Positions 13,600 through 26,090 of a stretch of 64,000 bases of DNA are shown here, one piece after another. The translations under genes and the position numbers were made by a program. The notes beneath the pieces are model-generated. The model saw only the letters and a list, made by a program, of their open reading frames with translations. It ran no database searches and was not told the origin of the DNA. Numbering within the stretch: position 1 is the first letter of the stretch; every line of letters begins with the position of its first letter. The stretch is from Oopsacas minuta (lineage: Eukaryota; Animalia; Porifera), in NCBI GenBank assembly GCA_024704765.1, contig JAKMXF010000077.1, positions 511,220-575,219 of the forward strand. Direction: 5' to 3'.

Positions 13600-14400
13600 T
13601 CCTGAAGGAGAAGCCTGTGATACTTTTGTCTGTGAATTCGACGGGATCGCGGTTACCATGGTTGCCATAGGAATTAAATTTGATTCTGAAAGGGGGCATT
13701 GCCCTCCCCACGGAAACCCTGGCAAACATATTTGGAAGGAATTTGAAATAAACATTCGAAGAGCAAAAGGGGAGTAAGAAGAATCAAGACGCCATATCTA
13801 CATCCGGGTGACCAATCAAAATACAGGAGCTGTTAAGACAAGGTAACAATTGGATATCTTAATCCATGAGATGTTCTTTGATTAAAGAACATCAACATCA
13901 GAGGTCACTTAAATTCTGTACATTATTAGCGAATCTATATGTGTTCGATAAGGATCATTTCTGTAAGTAGGGAGTGAGTTATCATTAAACTAATATATTC
14001 AACCCTCTGATACGTGGAATCTCGTTTGGTAGGAATCTAGAAATTATCAGAACATCATAATTTACGTTATGTTTATCTAAATTTCGATTTTGGCATAGAC
14101 CATAATATTCATGGACATTCAAAAAGGAACATACTTGGCAAGAATTTCTAGGAGAATAGCAAGATTTAATGGAATGCTGTGAAATAATGTACAGTAAAAC
14201 TAGGTTAAGACGCACTCGCTTGGGATACACAAAGATAGGTATCATCCGCACTAAAGTTTAGTATTAAAAAGTCTCGTATGATTGTAGATCTTATCCGAGT
14301 ACGCATATATATCATTTATAGTGGATTAGACACCAAGAGAAATTTAGGCCATTATAGATAATTTCGTATCATCCAAGAGTGTATGTTAAATCGAGTACGT
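13600..14400 (-). mobile_element. Penelope-like/non-LTR reverse transcriptase remnant
   Basis: Minus-strand fragments resembling (Y)VDDT, HxxIKF and PFLNV. Highly degraded. Confidence 0.45.
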
Positions 14401-15399
14401 GCTTGCCGTGTTCTACTATTAACTTCAGAAAAGTACTCAAACACCCAGGCCTTAATGTCCTGATCTCAGAGGTTCGTCAGCATATGATAAAATAAAAATT
14501 AAGGCTTTTGAATTTATAAACGATCCGTGGTTACAGTATCTTATAGGATCCCCTTCATATGTAATACTAAACTAGGTCATAAATTTCGTTAACTCATCAT
14601 AGAACTCGCAACCAACTTTATACGCAGAATTGGAATAACATATCTAGAAGAAACCAGAGACTTTTCAGTCCTATCTTAGGCTAATGTTGAATATATCTAT
14701 TAAAACTTTATAGTTTTAGCTAGAGGTACCGCAGCACGTATATAATTTCAATACATTACAAGTGAGGAACATAAATTAGTTCAAATATATTTGAAGTCAT
14801 TAGTTCGAATTTCACATGTGTGCTTAGTTACAATCAAAATAATGGGATGTAATCGTCAGTTCGATTATCTATCAGGTATGTCATTAGGTCAAATTGTAAT
14901 CTATTATCGTTTAGTAGGTATTCGAATTAGAATTTGATTATATTGTGTGATAGTGTAAAGCGAAAATTAGATATCAAAGAATTCAACACTATTTCGAAGC
15001 GATATAAACTATGTAATCGTCATTTGTTCGAAACTGAATTTTGTGTATAATCTTTGGAAATCCAACTTTGCATACAGAGAAATTTAATTCAATACAGCAG
15101 AGTATAAAATTGATCTTTAGTTGTGAAATTTGTGTCTAGGAATATTTGTGCAGGAAGTGCCTCAAAATAACTCATAACAACATTCAAGCAGATAATACAC
15201 TATTCTTGGGTATGGTCCTAATCAAAGAAGATAAGCTGTCCAAAAACAAAATGAACAAGATCCAATAGGTAGCCACTAATCCAGATTGTAGCGCATACCC
15301 AACATTCAGAGTAGCAATATTACAAGAACAATGTACAATACATTTACTGAGTGACATTTATATGTTCTTACTTAAGGAATTTAATTCACTATTTAGATT

Positions 15400-15780
15400 G
15401 ATGAAATAAAAGTATATCCGCATATAGTCTGGCATATAGCAATTGTTAGAACTGTATAACAGTATCAGCTCATTCGTTCACATTGTCTATGTTTCAGGAG
15501 CAAGCTGTGAAGAAACTTTGTCAAACAAATTTATAAAATCCTGAATCGTCAATCGTTTGATATTACCAAATATTTACCAATTATCCAATTGTGGTATCAG
15601 GTGTAAAACATTGGTAAAGATGAACAAGATCCTCAAGATATTTGCTCTCTTGCCAACCGTACTATGCAAGGGTACGTGAACCCAATACTCGACTACCCAA
15701 GTATCTAAATACAGTACTTTATTGACATTTTTCAAATCAATATTGTCGAGGTTGAAGTAACAAATTTCCAACTGAAGTAA
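15400..15780 (-). mobile_element. LINE (RTE/CR1-like) RT C-terminal remnant
   Basis: NIDLKNVNKVLYLDTW resembles the ENV..F.YLG motif of LINE RTs. Confidence 0.4.
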
Positions 15781-16665
15781 TCGATATTAATAAGATTGAT
15801 TAGTTTTGTAACAAGTTGAAGAAATTCGTGGAAAACCCCATTAGTAAATCGGCATGGTATCTATGACAACAGCATTATTAACATTCTCTCAGTCCTATAC
15901 ATGGCCTTCAATATGTTGAGAGGGTTCAAAGTTCCTAACTATTTGGAACTCGGTAATGTATCGATACTGTTTTGACAAAAATAGTCCCCCTACATAACTT
16001 GTCCCGGGGGACAGATTTTGTAAAATATCCATGGTACTCGTCAAAAATTGTCTCCTCTACAAATATTGTCTCCCTTACCGTAGATTGTATTGTCATGATC
16101 GATTAAATGAAACCTTAGAAAATAATACTAGTGTAATTAATTCTTGAGGTAATATTTTACATTGTTTGTAACAGTATATATGGATTCAGCATTCTATTTT
16201 GCATTCAACATTCCATTTCAAATTACATTAACAACAGGTAAACAGACAAACAACGATTGAGTTTTATTAATATGCAATACAAGTACATTTCAAGTTAGGT
16301 TATTTGTCCATCGTTTTTGCTATGAAATCAATTTAACAAATAATCGATTTCCTCTACAGATAGAATGAGTATATTATTTATCAATGATGTTGCAGTCTAT
16401 AATGAGGATTTACGTACTTTTAGAGAACTGTATTGTAAATTTACACACTTGATACGTCACTATATATTTATGATATATGCAGCTGCTAGCAAAAGTATGA
16501 TTTTTCTACACAATTCAATAAATGTAGGAGTATATGGCCGTCTGATGCCCAATTGTCTCGAAAGTGTTGGATACAAAAACAAGTAACATTGTTACTTATA
16601 TGATCTAAATACTAAGATTGTGGAATAACTATTGGTTGCAAACTACAAAGTATCCTAAATAACTA

Positions 16666-17450
16666 CTAATCTACAATTCTTGTTAAGACATAAATTATGC
16701 AAATTTTTAGGCCCTGTGAATTCTCAAAATTATTGCACCTCCTTAACTTTGGTCTCTCCATTCCGTCATATCTGTACCATGAGCCATTGTATTTTACCTT
16801 CATTGTAAAATGGACTCCAGAATGAATCGTGTAATGTAGCTTTGCTTCTTTGTGATGAATTTTAATTTCCTCTTCAATACAACTGTCTTGAATAATTTCG
16901 GCATTTATATGTCCTACCTCAAAAATGAGGAGTGGACTTACTTTCAAAAATTCCCTTGACAGAAACTCTAAGTTTGCATGCAAGTCTCTGCATTTTAAGC
17001 ACTTGTAACTCAAACTAATGTGAAGATCAATAGAAATTTGACAGTTATCTTTAAATGTCTTGAGTGAAATCAACTCAGCTTTTTCTCTGATTCACAGCAA
17101 CAGCTCCAACATTGGAATACAATTCTGTAAGCATCCTGACAAATTGCAAGGTTTGAAAAAGTTTGACAATGCTCCCTTCAGAAGCAAACATGTTGTATTC
17201 ATTATTGATCAGTGATATTCTTAGCTGAGAAGCTACCCACATTCTAAGTTCTTCGAAATTTCATTCATCAATCATTTTGAAGATAGAAATAAGACTATCG
17301 CTTGGAGCTTCTCCTGCTAGATGAAATGCTTTCAGTATATTATCTTGGTACAGGCTTAAGAGTGTTAAGAAATTGTCGACTGAGCAAGTGTTGACCAATT
17401 TAACTCCATTGAAATGACCATTCCAAGTAAAGCACATATCTTCACTAGTA
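16666..17450 (-). pseudogene. USP-like (papain-fold) cysteine protease domain carried by the Ginger element
   Basis: Cys-box-like WNGHFNGVKLVNTCSVDNFLTLL (~17350-17430), a CxxC pair (YKCLKC) and His-box-like HSGVHF..WYRYDGM (16666-17073 ORF). One stop and at least one frameshift. Confidence 0.6.
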
Positions 17451-17639
17451 CTTGCATCTTGTGACGTTTGCGAATATGATACTGTTTGATTAAGAATTGA
17501 TCGGATATGGTGTCCAGAGTTTACATTTGCCTGACAGAGATAAGAAAGGAAATATCTGGAATGTAATTGTGCCTCTTCATCTGATTTCGGACTAAGTTCT
17601 CTTTCTGAATTCGAATCTATTATGCATTTGTTAGCATCG

Positions 17640-18899
17640 GTTACTGCTTTCTTCCAAAATTTACATTGGATCGCTTCACACGCTGTGTTCTTTTGTTTTT
17701 CACAATTCGAACATTGGTTGGGTTAACTTTATCAATGAGGTATGGACCATTCTACTTATCTTCCAATTTTCCACCTTTCTTCTTTAGACAAGTAATTTCA
17801 ATCAATACTTCATCTCCCTTTTCGATTTTCTTGAAAGTGACCGAGTTTATTTTTTGTCATGTCGTGCATTCATTAATGATTTAGAGTATGTGAGATTATC
17901 TCCTGCAATTTCTTGATTTTGTATTTGAAATTTGTGTATTGAATCGACTTGTTCTATGATATCATCCTCTACAGCCCACTCATAAAGAGTTAGACACAAC
18001 ATCAGGATATACTAGTGTAAGGTTTTCAGCTTGGATGGAAAGGCGAGGTTTTCTCTAACCATGCATTAGTTCGAAAGCCGAAAAGTGAGTGGTATAGCGA
18101 GGTCTTATGTTGAGCGAGAATGTAATTTCTTCTAAATAATTGTACCAATTTTCCTTTTTTTTGTCCAAAGCTCTAACGAGCGAGCGTTTCAATGCTTTGT
18201 GCGAGGATTCAACTAGCCCGTTGGTCTGAGGGTGGTAAGGTGTCGAAAATATTAATTTACAATTGTACACTTGATGCAATGTTTATATAACTGGTTAGTG
18301 AATTCGGTACCGTTGTCGCTGATTATCTGAACTGGTGCGCTCTGCCTGCAGTAAACAGAATATAAACCACCAGCAACTTCTTGAGCATCTTTACAACCAA
18401 GAGGACGCGTTACAAGCCATCTAGTAAAATGGTCAATGACAGATAGGATGTATTTAAAATCATTTGAATCTATCAGTGGGCCTGTTAGATCCATGCCCAC
18501 TCGGAACCAAATTTTTGGGATCACAGGAAGAGGTTGTAGAGGAGTTGTAGGTTTTTTTAGGCATGGTTGATTCTTTGCACAACGCGCACAATTTTGAACG
18601 TATAACGTAATATCTTTCAACATACTTGGCCAATAATATCGATCTTTTCCAATATTATGCGTATAGAAGTCGCATTGGTGCCCTGAGTTATCATGTATTA
18701 CCTTCAGAATATCATACAATTCAGTTTCTTTGATTACACTTAAATTCTCATTCCCAGAGGGTTTAACCAGTTTTCCGTTATACAGTTGGTAGTGAGAAGC
18801 TCTTCTTGGAAAAACTCTCTTTTGATTTTTCAGATAGCCAGATGGATAACAATCAGTTGGAATGAAATTAGAAATCGATTCATACTCAAGGAGTTCCAT
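17640..18899 (-). pseudogene. Gypsy-like integrase (HHCC zinc-binding, DDE core, GPY module) of the Ginger element
   Basis: HDNSGH..YYWPSM..CARC, GMDLTGP, ISDNGTEF, PYHPQTNGLVE, then NGPYLIDKV at ~17750. Frameshift at ~18270. Confidence 0.9.
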
Positions 18900-18974
18900 A
18901 AAAAAAAATGTAAATAATTTCGGTAATTTACAGTAATATCTTTAGTAAACAATGACATATATACTGTTACAAAC

Positions 18975-19598
18975 GGGTCTAACCGTTTGCGTACATCACA
19001 CTTGCGTACAGTATGTTATTATTTGTTGAATTCAAACTAATTCATATATATATTTAATGATAGGCCATGTAAAATAAAATACTTGTTTTCTCATCCATTT
19101 TTTCCTGCGAAATAGGGGCGGAAGGTGGCATTTTATTTTTATATTTTTTGCATAGGGTAATTTTACTAATTTATTTAAACTATCTCGTTAATACGAATTT
19201 CTGATAACACGAACAATATTCGTACATAATTAGGTCCCCACAACCGTACTTCAACGCACGTCATACCGCCACTCCTTTTTGATAGCTCCCGATGGAAAAT
19301 ATGCAAATATCCGTCGTGGGATAATTTGTTAGTCCCCTTTGAAGATTTGACTATTTGGAATGAAGTATCGCTATCAGCAGACATTAGATACTTGATGATA
19401 AAATATCTAGCTCATCCAATGCATTTAATAGATCTCGAAATAATTTTGAATTAGAGTTAATTTATCTGTGAAACCTTTAATTAACTTGTCAAATATACAT
19501 TACATTATACACAACTGTAATGTACGCAACTGTGAACTATAAACATTGTACGCAAGTGTTATGTACGCAAGTGTGATGTACGCAAATATGCGGCTCCC
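18975..19598 (-). mobile_element. Mutator-like non-autonomous element (624 bp) with a FLYWCH-like fragment
   Basis: GGG...CCC termini with shared subterminal TTTGCGTACATCACACTTGCGTACA. Perfect 9-bp TSD GTTACAAAC (18966-18974, 19599-19607). ORF 19175-19384 FQIVKSSKGTNKLSHDGY resembles a FLYWCH/MULE N-terminus. Confidence 0.88.
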
Positions 19599-22099
19599 GT
19601 TACAAACAATGTAAAATATTACCTCAAGAATTAATTACACTAGTATTATTTTCTAAGGTTTCATTTAATCGATCATGACAATACAATCTACGGTAAGGGA
19701 GACAATATTTGTAGAGGAGACAATTTTTGACGAGTACCATGGATATATTACAAAATCTGTCTCCCCGGATAATTTATGTAGGGGGACTATTTTTGTCAAA
19801 ACAATACAACAAATTATAGGACTTTAGATGTGACATGAGAAACTCCCACTAATTGTCAAAATAAAATTCAAAGGTCATGTTAGGAAAATGTATGCAATAT
19901 AATGAAGCCAAGCGACTCCTAGGAAGATAAGATACAAAGAAATATTTAGGACCATATACGATAGAGAAAGTGAAACTAAGCCACATATTTGCTTGCAAAG
20001 ATCCAGATAGCAAAAAAGCCAAATTACCTATCAATATGTTACGATAATACCATCCACTTACAATCTAAAAGTGAAGGTTCAAACGAAAAAGGCAAATATA
20101 AGAAGCTCAAATGATCTTCCATCTTCCCTTCTAGCTGTATTGATCGGGATATTAATTGAAATATTGAATATTATCGCCATTGTTACTAAGACTTAGTCAT
20201 CCCAACTAATTGAGGAACTCGCTACCAAAGCTGCATATGAAACATCACTGAATTTCGATATTCTTACTATCCTGCTAAAGAAATAACTTTTGAGACAAAG
20301 GAGAAACATGCTGAATCAGCGAGCAATTGGTACACAGAGTACCGTTCCTCAAATCTTACCAAAATACTGGAAAAGAAACGAAGAGATCTTGACTATCCAA
20401 TTCCTGTTCTATTACTATAATAAGTGAATATTCCTATGAGAACAAGTTCATGTGATCAAAGATTCCCCCAAATATCTATACTAAATGCTGCAGAACTTAT
20501 TAATATCATAAATAAGGATAAGAGTAATGCAATATCGTGCAATCTAATACTTGTTCTATTGACAATATACTAGCTATTGTTAGTTTGAATAAAGCAAGGA
20601 TATAGACATACTGTAGTAAATCGTCAGTAGACATAATAAGTGAAATTCCACTACATATTCGATTTTGAGGCTAATTGTGAATTTGAAAAACTTCAAAATA
20701 TGTAACAGCGGAGAATTCTTTATGATTTCACAAGATTGATACTGTCCCAAGACCACCCTATTGTCTCAGATGGATTGCGAGAAGGGCAGCGAAACTGAAA
20801 ATCCTATGCAGAAAGGAAACACAGCATGAGATCAAATACATTCTAAATTTGGATTATTGATCTGTCGTTGATGTCCCACGTCGGAGTTCGTTAGCTGCTC
20901 GTGTGTCTCTACCGTATGATGTTTGGTAAATTATGATTTAATGTATGTATACTTGTATGTTGCATTGTCGAAGCAAATTTGGTGTGATCACAATCACACA
21001 AAAACTCGTTCCTACACTGCAACATATACAAGATGAAGTTAAAGTCTTGCGTTAGGGTAAGGCAATATGGGAATGCATGAGGCTAACGTATCTGACTTCT
21101 TTTGAACCTAGACAATTTAGTGATAGTCCAGGAGGATGCCTCTCCAAAAGGCTAAGATTTTTCACTTCAAATCTATAAGTGTATCAACCTGCTACCAAGA
21201 CTACCGTACAAAGGCTTAGTCTACGTGTGACAAATGTCATTTCAGTTGCATATTCCTCAACGCTTGGTAGAAAGTATAGAGAAATGGGCAGAGATGAAAT
21301 TCATAAATCTTCCCAAATTCATTATCATGCTAATGCTTAGCATTTTATTACTTAATAGAATATAGAAATGTATAGATTAACATGCTACATTACTCATATA
21401 GTTATCAAATACAATTATCAAATCCGTAAGATCTTCTGTCAAGGTAATATTAATCTAAAACTATTAATAAAATGTCGATCTGTGATAATTAGGATAATGA
21501 TAGCTGTTGTGAGACGTAGTGGGACCATATCTTACATGATATCAAACAAATTCATTAAGATGGCAATTACTACTAGAGTGCAACTCTAGTTGACTTGAGT
21601 TACACTAAGTATAATCAATGATAATTACATAAATAAAAGTGTGTGAAATTCGAAAATGGTTTCATTAGTGTAGAATTTACAAATTTGACACTAATAAATG
21701 CCAAAAGATTGAAGGAATTTATCAAAATATGTGTCTATTAGCATATACTTAGCAAAACAACTGTAAATATCAAACACAATTATAGTGGTTCTCAAAATAG
21801 GTCATACTGCCGCTATGAGGGCCAATATCCAAACATTCAGGGCCACAGTGGACATTTGGGAGGTGGAGCTCTCAGAGTGGATTTGGCTCATAGTATTACA
21901 TAATTTTTGGGTGAATTCAATCATTACTAATTTGGAGTAATGGATATAATATAGCTTTCTATTAAACCAATACAAGCTGATAGTCGATTAAGATAATGTT
22001 AATGAGAGAAATACATCATTATTATTGATCTATCGCAAGCGGAATGAATACATCGAATATAAGTTGCATAAAGCAGGTTAATAAAACTAAATTAATATG

Positions 22100-22909
22100 G
22101 TAGACAAACTTGATATTCCCAGCCATTACCCTAACCATGTTACATATAATAACATGATTTCAGCATCACAGAAAGAACGAGTCTCTTGTTTGAGGAAGGT
22201 GGAATAGTCACTTTCAAGGCCAGATGAGGAAGATAACTTGAGTAGAAGCTTTACATGAGGAGGAGCTAGACAATGCATTTGCTGAAGATATTTATAACAT
22301 GTTGGAGAAATCGATGTGTTTTGAGGGCCATTATTTGTGTTAGTACCTTTTTTCAACGCCCATTTTGAGGAACAAGCCTGTTTTCAAACAGGAATTTTTT
22401 AAATTACAGTTTTGAAAGTTCTGGATAATCAGGTAATTCTAAATCTAACTCATTAGTTTGTAATTCTTTATGTCCTGGTGAATATCGTCTCTTGCTAAAG
22501 AAATATGGGTAGCATTCATCTCAGAAATATAGTATTCACTGGATGGGTTGATTTAGATGCTTCATCAAGTATAGTTCCTTTATGTCGAATTTCGCTTTTT
22601 GAGGTTAGCGAAAGCAAACAAGGTTCTCAATTACAATATGCTCTAACATATAGATCGGAATGTACTATCAAGTACAGATTTACAAGGATATCACTATTTA
22701 CAAGACTTGGGGCGCATAAAAACAACACTATTTCGCTTAGGATGGCATAAGAATAGTATTTTAGATAAGGAAAGCAAAGGTGATATGGCTGAAATATCGA
22801 AAAACTGATAATTTTCAACTTATCTATCAAAATCAGCTTCTGACTTCAAGCTAGCCGTCAAAGTTTAGTTGAATAATTCATCTTCTCATAATTCTAGAGG
22901 ACACCTGCG
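22100..22909 (-). mobile_element. P-element/THAP9-like transposase remnant, downstream part
   Basis: SPTCYKYLQQMHCLAPPHVKLLLKLSSSSGLESDYSTFLKQET (22126-22356) resembles the P-element N-terminal core. It continues the THAP fragment found on the other side of RAG1L copy C. Confidence 0.6.
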
Positions 22910-25830
22910 CATAGTGGTTTGAAATGGGAGTTGGTAAAAAGTTGGTGTTCTAGCTCTAGTACCAGATAGCCATATGCAATGCATTATTTGCGAATAGGTT
23001 ATTGTATACAAGTAATCGAAAGGGTCAATCAAAATTCTTCTATGGTTTCTGGATTTCTGGATATGACATCATCACATATTTATGATAACATCATATTTTA
23101 AAAAATATTTAATAAAACTCAGAGAAAATTGCATTTCGCAAGAAAAAATCTCCGACTCTGTACAAATATACAATAACCCTGGATGGAATTTGGACAAGAG
23201 TGATATTGATTTAACATTTTAATGAAACTATGAATTAATTATAAGTGAATTAACAATTTCGTCTACGGAAGAATCCAGTATTCAATTTTCGGTATTATAC
23301 CTACAACACTTTGCTCTTTTTGTGTGGACGTGTTCTCCACACCTTTCACAAACTAAACTTGAACGAAATTGATTCAACGCAGGATCACTTTCAGAGGCCA
23401 ATCTCACGAAAATGTCCATTGCATTATCTTCAAATGAATACTTCCTTGCAAGATTCTCCCTGTACGTCTTAAGAAAATTGTTACATGCCTCGGATCCCTC
23501 TTCAGAGAAACCTTTCAGACCTCGCCCAAGGTTGAACTCTTTCAAAATTTCGTCTGAGTGAGCTAATACCCTGTGTAATGTTGGAGTAATGCTGCTCCAA
23601 GGTAAGAAATCAACGATTAAGAGATATGTATCGGTGAAAAGATCACCAAAGACCTCGGTGTGAAAGATCCTGGCTGAATTGATTAATCGAAGAATAACTG
23701 ACAAGTCTGTATGTAGTTTTGAAAGTGTTTCTTTGTGTTCTATTGCAACAACTGCCAAACACACTCAATGTATTTCGAATCACAAGAAAATACTCGACAA
23801 GCAACATTACCAGTAGAGCTAGTACCTCTACTTGCATTCAACCGATCTATCCCCTTTCCTCTCTTCGCTTCAATCAGATTTCCGACAAATAGCATCGAAA
23901 TTTTTAACGCAAAAGATATCCGCAACCATGTACGTTTTCCACAATTCAAATGATAATTAGTATACTAAACTACCTAAAATGCTAGTGGTGAAATGCAACA
24001 GAGATGCTGGAAGGATGTTTATTGTTGAGGTTGGTTCGTGCGTTATGTTACAACGTTAGTTTGAAGGAGGTGACAAAAACGAATCGCTATCCTCTATTTC
24101 GCCGAAAAGTTGAATTGCATCAGTATTGTGCATGTTGATGGAAAATCCCTGAATTGTCAACTCACGTTCACTGAATTCTTCATGTTTTGCTATACATAAT
24201 TAATAACTTGCTCTACCTGTCCCAGATACAATTCCTGCCATTTTTCAATCAACCATTAATCGAACAACGTCGACTCGTACTCGCTGATCAGGGCCAAGAG
24301 TAATTCCTTCACTTCTCATCAAATCAGTATAAGTATTGATTAGATCGTCCATAAATCGCTTGATATTAGCTTCGTTTTCTTTCGCAGCGAGAAGGAAAAT
24401 CGGGCTTTGACGAAAAGGAGAATTGGAAGTGCTATTTCCCAGGCTTCCTGCCGCTATTGCATACTATCTTTACAGCCCTGTAACAGAAAAAGATAAAAGA
24501 CTTAGTACCTATGTTCGTGTTTGATTGATTTTAGATATAGTGTGACCTCCAGAGCCATCTAGCCTGTCTGCTAGCTGGAATTTTAGGGGAAAATCTTGAG
24601 CTGGAGGTGGCGGTAGCGTGGACATAAGCCTGCAAAAAGTATGGCGGACGTGATGGGCATATGACATATATACACCAAGTAGAGTTTCAGGATTGGGGTA
24701 CATCTGAATATCCGACCGGAAATTATGCTGCTTCTTTCTTCTACCACCCTATGGTATACCGGGAAACGAATATTGCTAGATAGCAAGTGATGTTGGGGTA
24801 GTGTGAATTTCCTCCTGGCAATTTCTAGGAGATCTACAAAGAATACTGCCTTGGTAACATCGAGCTCTTTCTTCAACATTTCACCGAATTAACCCGAAAA
24901 CTTATCATAGACTACAGATTTTGAACTTTAGCTATTCTCGCTCTTTTATTTGGTTCGATAGTAGGTGCAAGGAAAGTGCAGCTATCTTGATTTCTGAAGT
25001 ATTCTCAAGTATTGAGACTGCTTTGATAGATTCCAGGATATTTGAGAGTCTTAAGCGTTGTTGTTGTTACATCGTGAGACTGTCAATACTCTTCCTATGG
25101 TTTGTAGAGAGTGTGGATATGACTTCTTCATCATCTAAGGACTGCTCCTGCTCAACGGTATCATAAAAGCGGTCCCTTTTCAACTCTGGTTCCATTGATA
25201 TACCACACTGGCACCAGTCTACCTCTAGGCAATCTAGCGATTTCAATGACTTCCTGATCCTGCTTCTTCCTCGGAGAAGCGTTACTTCCACTTGTTTCCT
25301 TTCTTCGAAGTCAATTTAAAAGTTCTGCTCAAAGAAACTGAGTGTCGTCGAGATACAGTTGTTGTCATTCAAAATCTTAGCAAGTTAAAGATGAGACTTA
25401 GGAAAGTTAGTTTTGAGCCATTGAAAAAAGAGTAGAAAATGGTTGATCCTCGGCAAATTCAATTTGTTAATGTCATACTACTCATGTATTAATATATCAT
25501 ATTTATTGATAATTAGAATGCAGCAATTGAGTAGAAAAATTTAGCATATTGAAATACTTTGTTATAATTAATCAGTAAGTAAATTGCATAGCAACAAGAG
25601 CAGACAATGGAATTCACTGAAATTTTCATGTTGCACACTGTTTCGGGGCGTATCATTTAAATATGTCTTTCTAGATATTATAATGCCATTTTGGAATTAA
25701 TTTCTAAGTGGTGCCTTTCTGGTGTATTATTTTTTCGGCCATTGGGAAGTTCTGTTTTAAAGAATTTGTACCTCTAAAGTATCATTAATCAGGTAAACTT
25801 TGAATCATAATGTAGTGAAGATACACTGAT
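22910..25830 (-). mobile_element. RAG1-like/Transib transposon copy C; left TIR clear, right end uncertain
   Basis: CATAGTGGTTTGAAATGGGAGTTGGTAAAAA at 22910 aligns with the left end of copy D (CACAGGGGCTTAAAATGGGAGTTAGTAAAGA). The 5' region shares catagcaac..gacaatggaat..gttgc.cac.gtttcgggg with D. Confidence 0.8.
23228..25421 (-). pseudogene. RAG1L: RAG1-like transposase of copy C with C-terminal Cys/His tail
   Basis: LAKILNDNNC N-terminus, LLEIARRKFTL, LADRLDGSGGH, FLPWSSITPTLHRVLAHS, FSEEGSEACN, RENLARK, RLASESDP, CERCGEHVHTKRAKCC. Multiple frameshifts. Confidence 0.92.
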
Positions 25831-25859
25831 GAAAATGAGAAAATCAGATTTAGGATAAC

Positions 25860-26090
25860 AGAATTGTTCCATCTCCAATTCTCACTTTGTGATTGTATTC
25901 TACATCTTCTCATCGAAAATTGCTAATACAAATATAAACATAAATTAATCCATCTAAATCATCCCTCCGAAGAACCCTAATCCACAATGCTTGAGTTCAG
26001 GTAGTTTATTAGGTAATTTGGATACAGGTACAGTTTCATGAGTAGATTTGTAGTTGCTCTTGCACCCAGGAGCGGAGTACGATTAGGCAG
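25860..26090 (-). mobile_element. THAP zinc-finger fragment (P-element N-terminus)
   Basis: PNR.SAPGCKSNYKSTHETVPV..LP...WIRVLRRDDLDGLIYVYIC, read across a frameshift, fits the THAP CX4C..W..C..H pattern. Confidence 0.7.

Larger units (their letters stand above)
15968..19803 (-). mobile_element. Ginger-type (integrase-encoding) DNA transposon, complete, ~215-bp TIRs
   Basis: Starts TGTTTTGACAAAAATAGTCCCCC (15968) and ends GGGGGACTATTTTTGTCAAAACA (19803). Near-perfect inverted repeat 15968-16182 versus 18956-18974 plus 19599-19803. Perfect 4-bp TSD ATAC (15964-15967, 19804-19807). Confidence 0.92.

Noticed and set aside
25883-25891. CACTTTGTG as the right TIR of copy C
   Set aside because: It lies within the THAP-fragment reading frame and no matching TSD follows.
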